Notes under the pieces: generated by a model
Databases searched by the model: none
What the model was told of the DNA's origin: nothing
What the model saw: only the letters and a program-made list of their open reading frames with translations
Position numbers and translations under genes: made by a program
Shown here: positions 20,200 to 29,803 of the stretch, in pieces
How the letters are laid out: every line of letters starts with the position of its first letter
Position numbering within the stretch: the stretch's first letter is position 1
Source: a virus
Reading direction: 5' to 3' (one strand)
Length of the DNA stretch: 64,000 bases
IMG/VR virus record: IMGVR_UViG_3300021185_002646
Span: 1-64,000 of that record

Positions 20200-20678
20200 A
20201 TAGAAATATAGGTAGAGGTTTAATAGTATTAGGAATGTTAATGTTAGGCGTTCTTTTTGCAAATACAAGTTTGTCTGCAGAAAGAAAATCTACAGGAAAA
20301 GAAGTTGAAATGGTTGTTTACGACTATGAGGTAACTAGAGTAATTGACGGAGATACTGTAGCCTTTAGAGCAGACTTTTTGCCAGAGCCACTTAAACAAG
20401 AACTAAGCATTCGTGTTTATGGAGTTGACACACCCGAAAAGAGTTGGAGAGCAGAATGCGACTCTGAAGCAGCTTGGGGTGAACAAGCAAGTCAGTTTAC
20501 AAAAGACCAATTAAATGGTGCAACAGTTATACAAGTAGCCATTTACAAGTGGGATAAGTTTGGTGGGCGAGTATTGGGTGATATTATTATTGATGGAAAT
20601 AGCCTAAGACATATGCTTATTGAGAACGGATTCGCACGTGAGTATTATGGTGATAAAAAAGAATCTTGGTGTTCTTGA
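20196..20678 (+). CDS. thermonuclease (SNase family) with signal/anchor peptide
   Basis: RVIDGDTV, RVYGVDTPE, DKFGGRVLG; hydrophobic N-terminus. Confidence 0.9.
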   Translation: MNRNIGRGLIVLGMLMLGVLFANTSLSAERKSTGKEVEMVVYDYEVTRVIDGDTVAFRADFLPEPLKQELSIRVYGVDTPEKSWRAECDSEAAWGEQASQFTKDQLNGATVIQVAIYKWDKFGGRVLGDIIIDGNSLRHMLIENGFAREYYGDKKESWCS

Positions 20679-20703
20679 CAATTATCAAAAGTTAATATAT
20701 AAT
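20675..20703 (+). promoter_or_regulatory. sigma70 promoter for tRNA pair
   Basis: TTGACA-17bp-TATAAT. Confidence 0.8.
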
Positions 20704-20716
20704 AAGAACTAATTTA

Positions 20717-20793
20717 GGGGGTGTAGCTCAGTTGGTTAGAGCACCTGCCTGTCACGCAGGGGGCCGAGGGTTCGAGTCCCTTCACTCCCGCCA
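20717..20793 (+). tRNA. tRNA-Asp(GTC)
   Basis: Cloverleaf, loop CT-GTC-AC, encoded CCA. Confidence 0.95.
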
Positions 20794-20796
20794 AAT

Positions 20797-20871
20797 GCAC
20801 CGTTCGTCTATCGGTTAGGACACCGGGTTTTCATCCCGGCAAGAGGGGTTCGATTCCCCTACGGTGTACCA
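20797..20871 (+). tRNA. tRNA-Glu(TTC)
   Basis: Cloverleaf, loop TT-TTC-AT, encoded CCA. Confidence 0.95.
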
Positions 20872-20886
20872 ACAGAAAGGAAGTAT

Positions 20887-21129
20887 ATGAAGATTAGATA
20901 CTATAAAGACATCGACGGAATGCGTTGGTTGGGCTTTGTATTAGCAATGTTAAGTGCGTACCTACTAAGTGGCGGAGAAGTTGAATATCAATACATAGGT
21001 TGGGGAGTAGCCTGTTTTAGTTGTAGTATATGGCTATACATGGGTTACAAAGATAAAGACATTCCAAGAGCATTAATGGAATTAATGTATCTAGCATTAG
21101 CAATACGAGGCGTTATTAATTGGTTATAG
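20887..21129 (+). CDS. small membrane protein
   Basis: Three hydrophobic segments in 80 aa; RBS AAGGAA. Confidence 0.65.
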   Translation: MKIRYYKDIDGMRWLGFVLAMLSAYLLSGGEVEYQYIGWGVACFSCSIWLYMGYKDKDIPRALMELMYLALAIRGVINWL

Positions 21130-21178
21130 TTTCTCCGGTTTCTAATAAATAATTGTATCATACTAGGAAATAATAAAC

Positions 21179-21961
21179 ATGGCGGCACACAAAGAAACAG
21201 TTTTATCAGTAACACATTACACAGATACATTATTCCACATAACAACAACACGTGACAGTGGAGTTCGTTTTAGAGATGGAGAATTTATGATGATTGGACT
21301 AGACAACTGGTCTGAAAAACTACAAAAGAATAAACCTATAATGAGAGCTTATTCAGTAGCAAGTCCTAACCATCAAGAAACACTAGAATTTTATAGTATC
21401 AAAGTACAAGACGGTCCACTTACAAGTAAATTGCAACATGTAAAAGTAGGTGATGAGATACTAGTTAATCCTAAAGCAGTAGGCACCCTAGTACACGCAA
21501 ATTTAAAGCCTGGACGCAATCTGTACTTACTGGCTACCGGAACAGGAATCGCCCCTTTTATGAGTATTGTACGCGGCGTAGACACGTATGAACACTATGA
21601 TAATGTTATTGTAGTATGGGGTACTAGAATAGCCAAGGAACTAGCGTTTAAAGAGCTCATAGACGGGTTAAACGGCGATGAAATATACAGTCAAGTAACT
21701 GAAGGAAAACTTAAAACATACTTTACATGTACACGTGAAGATTACGAAAATACAGGTCGTGTAACAACGGCAATGTATAATGGAGACGTACAAAGCAAAC
21801 TAGGACTAGAAGATTTATCACCTATACATGATAGAGTAATGATATGTGGTTCAATGCCTATGAACGCAGAACTTATAGAATATTTAGAAGGTCAGGGATT
21901 TACAGAAGGCGATAGTAAAACACCAGGTGAGTATGTAGTAGAGAAAGCATTTGTAGGATGA
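21179..21961 (+). CDS. fpr: ferredoxin/flavodoxin-NADP+ reductase
   Basis: RAYSVAS, DGPLTS, TGTGIAPF, MICGS, EKAF. Confidence 0.93.
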   Translation: MAAHKETVLSVTHYTDTLFHITTTRDSGVRFRDGEFMMIGLDNWSEKLQKNKPIMRAYSVASPNHQETLEFYSIKVQDGPLTSKLQHVKVGDEILVNPKAVGTLVHANLKPGRNLYLLATGTGIAPFMSIVRGVDTYEHYDNVIVVWGTRIAKELAFKELIDGLNGDEIYSQVTEGKLKTYFTCTREDYENTGRVTTAMYNGDVQSKLGLEDLSPIHDRVMICGSMPMNAELIEYLEGQGFTEGDSKTPGEYVVEKAFVG

Positions 21962-22653
21962 GAACAGAAGCACAAAAGAAAGCAATAACTGATAGGTACG
22001 AAAGTGCAACATTACATAAAAATATTGTAAGTCAAGGTTTCATTGATTATTTGCTTAACCAATTTCAAAAATCAGATAAAATTGATAAAAAAACTGGACC
22101 AGTTGTAATGAATTATAGTCCAGATAGGGATGGATATAAAGAATGGTTTGAACCTGTACAAAAATTTGTTGATAACTTAATTGGTGAAAGTTTAGTGTGG
22201 GGCAGTAATATATTTAGAGCTGAGTATCCACATATTGTACACAACGATGATTATCACGAAAAGGTTTATGACATATTTAAGACTGTGGTTATTCCTCTAG
22301 AAATATCTAAGCCAACTAACTTTATTGTATTTGATCAATATTATTTAGATGGCCCTGTTAAATGTTTCAAAGGATGGAAAGATGTACCAGACAGTTACTA
22401 TAATAAGAGCTTAACAGATTATAGTGATATTTTCAATATCACAGACAAGCCATTCGACAAGCAAATATATAATGAATATTTGACCCATGTACCGTATGAA
22501 TCACTGCATGGATTAACAGTAGAATCAATTATAAGATGGCAACCAGGTGATGCAATTACATTTGATATGGGAAAATTACACTCTGCTACTAATTTTGCAG
22601 AGAATGGAATAGATTATAAAATAGGTTATAGTATTTTTACTGCTAAATACTAG
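21958..22653 (+). CDS. putative 2OG-Fe(II) oxygenase
   Basis: HND (HxD) and distal LHS in WQPGDAITFD context. Confidence 0.55.
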   Translation: MRTEAQKKAITDRYESATLHKNIVSQGFIDYLLNQFQKSDKIDKKTGPVVMNYSPDRDGYKEWFEPVQKFVDNLIGESLVWGSNIFRAEYPHIVHNDDYHEKVYDIFKTVVIPLEISKPTNFIVFDQYYLDGPVKCFKGWKDVPDSYYNKSLTDYSDIFNITDKPFDKQIYNEYLTHVPYESLHGLTVESIIRWQPGDAITFDMGKLHSATNFAENGIDYKIGYSIFTAKY

Positions 22654-22745
22654 TAAGTAAAAAATACTTTGGCCCAGTAAATGTTCAGAGTTTACTATAG
22701 GACAGTGCCAGCGGACATATTTTTTATTTAATACTAAAAGGAGTT

Positions 22746-23009
22746 TTGAATATGTCAGACTTATTTGGTCACAATAGTGGAAATAAAAAATTTATTATTA
22801 ACATTAGCGATCTTTACGATGAAAAAGAACGCAAACAAAAAGAACTTGAGTTCTACACACAAGAACTTGATAAGTTAATGCTTAGACTAGGAATGTTACA
22901 ACACGAAATAGGCGTTACTGAAACTATCATAAATATGATAGAAGGTGAATATTTAGTAGACCTCAAACAAGCTATTGAACAAAGGAAGAGAATAAAAGGA
23001 ATAAAATGA
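22746..23009 (+). CDS. coiled-coil hypothetical protein
   Basis: AAGGAG RBS; RKQKELEFY...L..L heptads. Confidence 0.65.
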   Translation: MNMSDLFGHNSGNKKFIINISDLYDEKERKQKELEFYTQELDKLMLRLGMLQHEIGVTETIINMIEGEYLVDLKQAIEQRKRIKGIK

Positions 23010-23776
23010 ACACATTATATTTAATATGTAGTCACAGTTGTTTAAGTCAAATGGAAGTTCCATACTTGCTTAATAACAGCCCTATGCTACACGGTGAAAG
23101 CCAAGCAGGAGAACATTGGGCATCATATGAACTAGATGGAAAAGAAGTAGATCACGAACCAGGTCCGTTGGGAAAGATTCGTGTACATGATGATTATTGG
23201 AATATTTCAGATGAAGATAGAGAATGGTATAACTATGATGTTAGAAATACTATGGAAATATCTACAGAGCAATTAGATGGATTATTAAATTTAGTTAAAG
23301 ATAAAAGTATAGCAGTTTTGCTACATGCACAAAATTATGAAGATATTTGGAAGTGGAGTAGAAACTTACCTGTAATGATGATTAGAACATCAGTTGATAG
23401 TTGGGATGGAGATATTGTTAGTTGGGCAGCACGTGAATATAATTACTTAATGGAAGATGACAGAAATGCAAATTATAGTGATGATGATCATAGTTGGCCA
23501 GGTGTAGAAACAATTGTTGATAATTTTATATCTAAAAAGAAATTTAATAATGGAATATACGATGAAAATTCACCACACGATCATGGCGATATTTTATTAC
23601 ATCAAAGTCAATGGTCAACAATGTCAGGATTAAATACATTATGGAATTGTGTAGGAATTGAATCACCTGATCAAAATTGGATACATCAATACTATGAAGA
23701 TTTCCAACAACATCAAGAAATTAACGAAGAACTAGCCAAGGAACTAACTGATGCCTACAATAAAAGACAGCAATAA
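23006..23776 (+). CDS. acidic hypothetical protein
   Basis: 256-aa ORF, ATGA overlap. Confidence 0.6.
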   Translation: MNTLYLICSHSCLSQMEVPYLLNNSPMLHGESQAGEHWASYELDGKEVDHEPGPLGKIRVHDDYWNISDEDREWYNYDVRNTMEISTEQLDGLLNLVKDKSIAVLLHAQNYEDIWKWSRNLPVMMIRTSVDSWDGDIVSWAAREYNYLMEDDRNANYSDDDHSWPGVETIVDNFISKKKFNNGIYDENSPHDHGDILLHQSQWSTMSGLNTLWNCVGIESPDQNWIHQYYEDFQQHQEINEELAKELTDAYNKRQQ

Positions 23777-24134
23777 CGTAGTACTATTTTCAGATCCTTT
23801 TAAAGTATATCTTTTTAAAGATAAAAAAAGAGTAAAACTTTCATTTAAAATAACTGACTATGTAGTTGTTAACAGAGAATTTAGTCAGGAAGACTTTGAA
23901 TACATACTAGATCATTGGAAAGAAGAAGATGGTGTAGAAGGAAATATAAGAGATATAGATAATAATAAAATATGGTGGTACCATAGCAAGTTTGGTCCTA
24001 GACCCGAATGCGAACCTGCAGATTTTGTAGGTATTAACTTCAATAGATATAGTTTTAGATTCTCAGTAAAAGATATGGAATCCTTAGAAAATGCGTATTT
24101 TCACCAAAAAAACAACAAAATGCATTGGGATTAA
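23751..24134 (+). CDS. hypothetical protein
   Basis: 127-aa ORF with AAGGA RBS. Confidence 0.6.
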   Translation: MPTIKDSNNVVLFSDPFKVYLFKDKKRVKLSFKITDYVVVNREFSQEDFEYILDHWKEEDGVEGNIRDIDNNKIWWYHSKFGPRPECEPADFVGINFNRYSFRFSVKDMESLENAYFHQKNNKMHWD

Positions 24135-24159
24135 TTAAAAAAATAATTAAAAAACTTAT

Positions 24160-24186
24160 AAACCCTTGTTTTACAAGGGTTTTTTT
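24160..24186 (+). terminator. intrinsic terminator (part of repeated cassette)
   Basis: AAACCCTTGT/ACAAGGGTTT hairpin and T run; near copy at 27153-27181. Confidence 0.8.
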
Positions 24187-24204
24187 ATGGCTTTTTTATG
24201 CTCT

Positions 24205-24259
24205 AAAGGTTGACAAGTAAGACATCTTACTGTATACTGTAAGTATAGTTAATAAAAAA
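24205..24259 (+). repeat. 55-bp early promoter repeat, copy 1 (TTGACA-17-TATACT)
   Basis: Identical to 25459..25513. Confidence 0.9.
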
Positions 24260-24273
24260 AGGAGTTAATAAAG

Positions 24274-24690
24274 ATGGCATATATTAGAACAAACGAAGTA
24301 GCAGAAATTAGAAAAGCACTAAAAGAGAAGTTTGGTAAATCACTAAAATTTAGTGTAAGACGTCAGCATTATTCAAGTGTTGATGTTTCTATTGTATCCG
24401 GTGATGTTGACTTCTATGATGGAAGTATGGATAGCACAGACAAATATAATGGACAAGTTCATAAGTTTGATGGACATGCACAAATTAACGAATACCATAC
24501 TCATTTTTATGGAAAACACGAACAACTATTTACAGACATTGTTAAAATTATGAAGACTGCTCCTGCTTTAGCAGAAGGTGGTAGAGCTTGGTATGATAAT
24601 TCAGATGCAATGACTGACTATTTTGATACTGCTTATTACACTCATGTTAGTGTTGGTAAGTGGAATAAACCATACGAACATAAATCTTAA
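24274..24690 (+). CDS. early hypothetical protein (LPD29-like)
   Basis: IRKALKEKF...KFSVR...YSSVDVSI; D.MTDYFD. Confidence 0.6.
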   Translation: MAYIRTNEVAEIRKALKEKFGKSLKFSVRRQHYSSVDVSIVSGDVDFYDGSMDSTDKYNGQVHKFDGHAQINEYHTHFYGKHEQLFTDIVKIMKTAPALAEGGRAWYDNSDAMTDYFDTAYYTHVSVGKWNKPYEHKS

Positions 24691-24701
24691 GAAAGGAAAC
24701 A

Positions 24702-25055
24702 ATGATAGAATACAAAAAAGACAATCCACACCAAGATATAGGAAAGCAGAAATTTAGAGTTAAAAAATACTTTTCTGCGTGGGTTGAATATGATGTAATT
24801 GCTGATTCAAAAGATGAAGCCGAAGATAAAGTTATTGAACACGGTGGAATTGATAGAATTGAATGGCAAGATGGTTGTTTAGGTGATGCAGAAGTTTATG
24901 CATGTGATCATAATTTTGAAGACTCAGGTGATACAGTAAAAGTAGAAGAATGTGTACCATATGAAGATACAGATATTGACACAGGCGAAGACATGCTAAA
25001 TTATGAAGATCCAGATTGGACTTCAGATGAATATAGATGGAAAAAGGAAATATAA
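24702..25055 (+). CDS. acidic early hypothetical protein
   Basis: RBS AAGGA; 117 aa. Confidence 0.65.
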   Translation: MIEYKKDNPHQDIGKQKFRVKKYFSAWVEYDVIADSKDEAEDKVIEHGGIDRIEWQDGCLGDAEVYACDHNFEDSGDTVKVEECVPYEDTDIDTGEDMLNYEDPDWTSDEYRWKKEI

Positions 25056-25056
25056 T

Positions 25057-25236
25057 ATGAAAACATTCACATTTGAAAATCATTTAGGTGACACGTTTAT
25101 AGCTAAAGCAGAAAACGGTCTTGATCTAATGGAAGATGCAAATCGCAAAATATTGTGGCCAAACTGGAAAGATGGAATGTGGCAACAAGTAAGCGAAACA
25201 AAGTTTGTTTGGGTTTTAGGTAATTTTTTTGATTAA
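25057..25236 (+). CDS. small early hypothetical protein
   Basis: Likely start MKTFTF after AAGGA. Confidence 0.55.
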   Translation: MKTFTFENHLGDTFIAKAENGLDLMEDANRKILWPNWKDGMWQQVSETKFVWVLGNFFD

Positions 25237-25246
25237 GGAGAATAAT

Positions 25247-25456
25247 ATGAAAACAGTAATAAAATTTAATGAAGTAACAAACATAGAACTAGGTGGCGTT
25301 GATATGAACGACTACCCAGATTTCTGTGATGCATATGTAGAAAGTGCAGAAAAGTTAGATGGTACTCCACTAACTGATGTTGAACTAGAAGCGTTTAGCG
25401 AACTAGAAGAAACTGCATCTTATATTAATGAAAATGCATACGAAAGTTTATTTTAA
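25247..25456 (+). CDS. small early hypothetical protein
   Basis: AAGGAG RBS; DYPDFCDAYVESA motif. Confidence 0.65.
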   Translation: MKTVIKFNEVTNIELGGVDMNDYPDFCDAYVESAEKLDGTPLTDVELEAFSELEETASYINENAYESLF

Positions 25457-25458
25457 AA

Positions 25459-25513
25459 AAAGGTTGACAAGTAAGACATCTTACTGTATACTGTAAGTAT
25501 AGTTAATAAAAAA
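25459..25513 (+). repeat. 55-bp early promoter repeat, copy 2
   Basis: Identical to 24205..24259. Confidence 0.9.
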
Positions 25514-25526
25514 GAAGGAGAAAAAT

Positions 25527-25868
25527 ATGGAATACACGGTAAATGAAATTAAAAACATTCTTAATAAGGCAAAAACAGCAGCCTATGAAGCAGGTGGCGA
25601 TTATTTTGTTGAGAAGTTAGATAGTAAAGATAATTATCCTTGTGGGTTTGCATGGGTTAACATTCATGGAATTAAAGGTAATACCAAATTGGGTAGGGCT
25701 ATGAAAGCCGCTGGTATTGAAAAAGACTACAGTGGTTCATATAAGATTTGGAATCCATCAGGTATTAACGTGCAAAACGTAGATGTAAAAGAAGTTGGCG
25801 CCGAAGCAGCGGCAGACGTATTTACAAGTTACGGTTTTAAAGCATATGCTGGTTCGAGGTTAGACTAA
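25527..25868 (+). CDS. conserved early phage protein
   Basis: CGFAWV ... SRLD motif; AAGGAG RBS. Confidence 0.7.
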   Translation: MEYTVNEIKNILNKAKTAAYEAGGDYFVEKLDSKDNYPCGFAWVNIHGIKGNTKLGRAMKAAGIEKDYSGSYKIWNPSGINVQNVDVKEVGAEAAADVFTSYGFKAYAGSRLD

Positions 25869-25869
25869 A

Positions 25870-26031
25870 TTGGATCAAGCAACAATAAAATTATACGAAC
25901 GCAGAATTGATAACTGCGTTCGTACTGCTAATCAAAATCCCAAAGACAGTTGGGCATATAATTTTTGGATGACAACTGCTGGAACACTTTTACGAAAACT
26001 AACAAGGAGTACAAATGCAAAATATAACTAA
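25870..26031 (+). CDS. small hypothetical protein (TTG start, not in ORF track)
   Basis: 53 aa ...ERRIDNC...WAYNFW...; fills the intergenic gap. Confidence 0.5.
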   Translation: MDQATIKLYERRIDNCVRTANQNPKDSWAYNFWMTTAGTLLRKLTRSTNAKYN

Positions 26032-27139
26032 ACTACCAACTCTTTTCAAACGTGATACAACTGGTAAAATCCGTCAATGGGAAGTTGAATACGGCGAAGA
26101 AAATGGTTCTGCAGGTACAAGAACTATTAGTGGATTAACTGATGGACAAAAAGTCATTAGTGAATGGAATCTAAGTACTCCAAAAAATGTTGGTAAAGTA
26201 AATGAAACTACAAGTTTAAGTCAAGCACAGGCCGAAGCCCAAGCATTATGGGACAAGCGTTCTGAAAAAGAGTATTTTGAAAACGTAGGGGACGTTGACT
26301 CTTATGAACAATTTAAGCCAATGCTTGCACATGATTATACTAAGCGTCCACAAAGTGAAGGTTGGAGTCAACCTAAACTAGATGGAATTCGTTGTGTAGT
26401 TGATAGTAGAGGTATGTGGACACGTGCTGGTAAACCTATTACAAGTTGTCCTCATATTTGGGAATCACTAAAAGGTTATATGGAACAAAATCCACATCAC
26501 ATTTTAGATGGAGAACTTTACAATCATGAACTAAAAGCAAACTTCAATAAAATTACAAGTTTAGTTCGTAAGTTAAAAAGCACACCAGAAGATATGGCTG
26601 AAGCAAAAACACTAGTTGAATATCATGTTTATGATATGTATGATAAATCAGCACCAGATATGAAGTTTACTAATCGTGTTAAACAAGCATATTGGACAAA
26701 TAACGATTATGTAAAAATTGTAAAAACTGATTACTGTGAATCACAAGATCAACTAGATGCATTGTATAGTGAATACATGGAACAAGGCTATGAAGGTCAA
26801 ATGGTGCGTAATGATGCAACATATGACAACAAGCGTAGCAAAAATCTTCTAAAGCGTAAAGAGTTTAAAACTGAAGAATATGAAGTTATCCAAGTACTAG
26901 AAGGTCAAGGTAATTGGAGTGGATATGCTAAACGTTTTATTTTACGTGACAAAGCAGGTAAAGAATTTGGTAGTGGTGTTAGAGGGCAACAAGCACAATT
27001 AAAAGAATTGTGGAATATGCGTGATACTGCTAAAGGAATGCCAAATTGGGCAACATGTAGATTCTTTGATTTAACACCAGATGGAGTTCCACGTTTTCCA
27101 GTAATTATTGATTATGGGCATGGAATTAGGCAAGATTAA
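26015..27139 (+). CDS. ATP-dependent DNA ligase
   Basis: QPKLDGIRC, LDGELY, YEGQMVR, KRS..LLKRK, PRFPV. Confidence 0.93.
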   Translation: MQNITKLPTLFKRDTTGKIRQWEVEYGEENGSAGTRTISGLTDGQKVISEWNLSTPKNVGKVNETTSLSQAQAEAQALWDKRSEKEYFENVGDVDSYEQFKPMLAHDYTKRPQSEGWSQPKLDGIRCVVDSRGMWTRAGKPITSCPHIWESLKGYMEQNPHHILDGELYNHELKANFNKITSLVRKLKSTPEDMAEAKTLVEYHVYDMYDKSAPDMKFTNRVKQAYWTNNDYVKIVKTDYCESQDQLDALYSEYMEQGYEGQMVRNDATYDNKRSKNLLKRKEFKTEEYEVIQVLEGQGNWSGYAKRFILRDKAGKEFGSGVRGQQAQLKELWNMRDTAKGMPNWATCRFFDLTPDGVPRFPVIIDYGHGIRQD

Positions 27140-27152
27140 TTCAAATTAATTT

Positions 27153-27181
27153 AAAAACCCTTGAAATACAAGGGTTTTTTT
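27153..27181 (+). terminator. intrinsic terminator (repeated cassette)
   Basis: AAAAACCCTTG/CAAGGGTTTTT hairpin. Confidence 0.8.
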
Positions 27182-27189
27182 ATGGCTAT

Positions 27190-27244
27190 AAAGGTTGACA
27201 ACCAAGACATCTTATCGTATACTATATGTATAGTTAATAAAAAA
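27190..27244 (+). repeat. early promoter repeat, diverged copy 3 (TTGACA-17-TATACT)
   Basis: Same layout as copies 1 and 2; keeps AAGACATCTT and GTATAGTTAATAAAAAA. Confidence 0.85.
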
Positions 27245-27256
27245 CAGGAGTTAAAA

Positions 27257-27607
27257 ATGCAAACACAAATAGAAACATTAAAAAGTAAAATTAAAGCAGA
27301 CTACATTAGATGGACTACTAAAGGTGGTACAGAAGAACTGTCAGGTTACTTTAAAGAAACTGTTGATAAGTTTGATGATAGTATAACTGTTAAAGCTGGT
27401 AAAAAATATACAAAGATCATTAGAGATAATGGTGTTTGGGGTTTTATTGCTAATGATGATTTTGTAACGTCAAATGGTAAAGCATTTAAGAAAGGCGATA
27501 TTCTTAAAGCGGCTGGTTGGCAAGCACCTGCACTAAACAGTGCAAGAGGAAACATTTTTGATGATGATTATTCCATTGCATGGACTGGTCCTCATTACTT
27601 AAAATAG
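27257..27607 (+). CDS. conserved early phage protein
   Basis: AGGAG RBS gives start MQTQIE; GKKYTKI...GDILKAAGWQAPALNSARGNI. Confidence 0.75.
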   Translation: MQTQIETLKSKIKADYIRWTTKGGTEELSGYFKETVDKFDDSITVKAGKKYTKIIRDNGVWGFIANDDFVTSNGKAFKKGDILKAAGWQAPALNSARGNIFDDDYSIAWTGPHYLK

Positions 27608-27616
27608 GAAATAAAA

Positions 27617-28129
27617 ATGGACGTTATTCAAAAAGCAGATTTGTTCGCTAGTGTGGCTCATGCCGCAATTGGACAAAAACGCAAATACAGTGGAGTGGAC
27701 TATATAGTTCACCCACGCAGAGTATCTAAAATGGTTGCTGATTACGAAGGCACAAAAGAAATGATAGCGGCCGCATTGTTGCATGATGTGTTGGAAGATA
27801 CATATGTAACCAGTGAAATGATTGCCGAAGAGTTTGGTTGGAAGATCCACAAGTTAGTTGTTGAGCTTACTGATGTCAGCAAGCCAGAAGATGGAAACCG
27901 TGCAAAGCGTAAGGCAATTGATGCAGAGCGTTTGAGTCATGCAAGTTACGAAGCACAAATTGTTAAACTTGCAGATCTCATAGACAACAGTGATGACATT
28001 GAAGCAAACGATCCAAGTTTTGCTAAAGTGTTCTTAAAAGAAAAAGCACACCTTATTGAAGTTATGGATAAAGTACATTTGCATCCTTTATATCCCATAG
28101 CACTTGGTGTAGTCAACGGAGGTAAATAG
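27617..28129 (+). CDS. HD-domain hydrolase, Mesh1/SpoT-like ((p)ppGpp hydrolase family)
   Basis: H...Q.RK.SG..YI.HP, AALLHDVLEDT, VKLAD.IDN. Confidence 0.85.
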   Translation: MDVIQKADLFASVAHAAIGQKRKYSGVDYIVHPRRVSKMVADYEGTKEMIAAALLHDVLEDTYVTSEMIAEEFGWKIHKLVVELTDVSKPEDGNRAKRKAIDAERLSHASYEAQIVKLADLIDNSDDIEANDPSFAKVFLKEKAHLIEVMDKVHLHPLYPIALGVVNGGK

Positions 28130-28133
28130 TAGT

Positions 28134-28349
28134 ATGGTAGGACTAGATTTAATGATTATATTGGGCGTGTTTACAGTAGCATGTGCATATTTCAGTCAAC
28201 GAACTGGATATAAACAAGGTGTAAATGAAGGTATGGAATCAACCCTAAAACTTTTGGAAGCAGGTGGTTATATTAAAGTTGTTGAAGATGAATCAACAGG
28301 CCTACAAGAGATACAAAGGGTACCAAATGGAAACAACACCAACACATAA
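28134..28349 (+). CDS. small membrane-anchored protein
   Basis: N-terminal TM helix. Confidence 0.6.
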   Translation: MVGLDLMIILGVFTVACAYFSQRTGYKQGVNEGMESTLKLLEAGGYIKVVEDESTGLQEIQRVPNGNNTNT

Positions 28350-29172
28350 ATTATTCACCTTAGAACAATTACAAGATTATCAGCAAGCAGGTAAATGGCC
28401 ACTTGCTGATTCTACATTGTTGTCTACAAAATATGCAGACCGATGGGAAATGTCTAAGAGACTACATGATACAGTAGATTTAGATTTTTTTAAAAAACAT
28501 AATACTAGGAAAGAAATTGATTCCTGGCATGATGATATTATTCCTAATAAAATTTATTCTAATCTACATTCAGGAAATGTTTTTGGATGGGATGAAGATT
28601 TTATGGCAGGACCAACTGCATGGGCAAACAATGATATTCATTCAGATGAAGTTGTAATGAGAAGTAAAGTATATTTTTATCCATGGTCAGAAGAAGAAAT
28701 TAATTCGTCTGTGCCAGAAGAGTTTAGTTATTTTATAGAAATGCACAAAGATTTTAAACCTGTGCTAGAACATTATTTGTATGAAAACTATTCAGACCAA
28801 TCTGAATTATGGGAAGATTTAGTTCTTTACAAATTGATGATTATCAAGTATAATACTCCTAGTGCTACAGAAAAAAATCGTACAGAACATAGAAAACATA
28901 ATTCTATACGATTTGGAGATGAGCATTGCGACGAAACTCTAGCAGGTTTGCACTTAGGTGAAAATTATTCAGAGTTTTGGGCAAAGAATACTAAAACAAA
29001 CGAACGAGATATGATTACAGAACTAGCAGATAATAAAATGTTAATTATGCATGGACAACATTCAGAGCAAAGTGGGTGGATTCCAACATATCATGGAATG
29101 CAACATAATCCACAAGAAGACCTCGGAGATAGGTATAGTATAATTATGGATTTACAAGTAAGATATAAATAG
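28327..29172 (+). CDS. putative 2OG-Fe(II) oxygenase (IPNS-like)
   Basis: HCD ... TYHG ... RYS arrangement; likely start METTPT. Confidence 0.55.
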   Translation: METTPTHKLFTLEQLQDYQQAGKWPLADSTLLSTKYADRWEMSKRLHDTVDLDFFKKHNTRKEIDSWHDDIIPNKIYSNLHSGNVFGWDEDFMAGPTAWANNDIHSDEVVMRSKVYFYPWSEEEINSSVPEEFSYFIEMHKDFKPVLEHYLYENYSDQSELWEDLVLYKLMIIKYNTPSATEKNRTEHRKHNSIRFGDEHCDETLAGLHLGENYSEFWAKNTKTNERDMITELADNKMLIMHGQHSEQSGWIPTYHGMQHNPQEDLGDRYSIIMDLQVRYK

Positions 29173-29180
29173 GAGATAAT

Positions 29181-29768
29181 ATGTTAATACCAACAGTAAT
29201 TGAGACAACAGGCAGAGGCGAACGTGCATACGACATTTATAGTCGTTTGTTAAAAGATCGTATTGTAATGCTTAACGGAGAAGTTAACGACCATACAGCA
29301 AATTTAGTAGTTGCACAAATGCTATTTTTGGAATCACAAAATAGTGCAGAAGATATTAATTTTTACATTAATAGTCCAGGCGGTGCAGTAACTTCGGGAC
29401 TAGGTATATATGATACAATGCAATTTATTAAATCTCCAGTAAGCACAATTGTAATGGGTCAAGCATGTAGTATGGGTAGTTTCCTTGCTATGGCAGGTGA
29501 GCCGGGCAAACGTTTGGTGTTGCCAAATTCACGTACAATGATTCACCAACCTAGTGGTGGTGCAGGCGGACAAGCAACTGATATGCAAATTCAAGTTGAA
29601 GAGATTCTTAAAATGAAAAAGAACCTAACAGAAATTTATGTCAAACATAATAGTGTAGGTAAAACATATGAAGAATTGGCATCAGCTATGGAACGTGATA
29701 ATTTTATGTCAGCACAAGAAGCCGTAGATTTTGGTCTTGCTGATAAAGTTGTTGTTAGAAAAACATAA
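29181..29768 (+). CDS. clpP: ATP-dependent Clp protease proteolytic subunit
   Basis: [33 protein letters not shown]. Confidence 0.97.
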   Translation: MLIPTVIETTGRGERAYDIYSRLLKDRIVMLNGEVNDHTANLVVAQMLFLESQNSAEDINFYINSPGGAVTSGLGIYDTMQFIKSPVSTIVMGQACSMGSFLAMAGEPGKRLVLPNSRTMIHQPSGGAGGQATDMQIQVEEILKMKKNLTEIYVKHNSVGKTYEELASAMERDNFMSAQEAVDFGLADKVVVRKT

Positions 29769-29803
29769 TATATTTGTAATACTATATTTGTATAAATAAT
29801 AGT

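Noticed and set aside
24205-27244. CRISPR array
   Set aside because: The repeats are promoters more than 1 kb apart, separated by genes; no cas operon. The 7704 exonuclease is a generic phage PD-(D/E)XK enzyme.
27161-27256. N-terminal extension of ORF 27161..27607
   Set aside because: It runs through the terminator and promoter cassette; the RBS supports a start at 27257.
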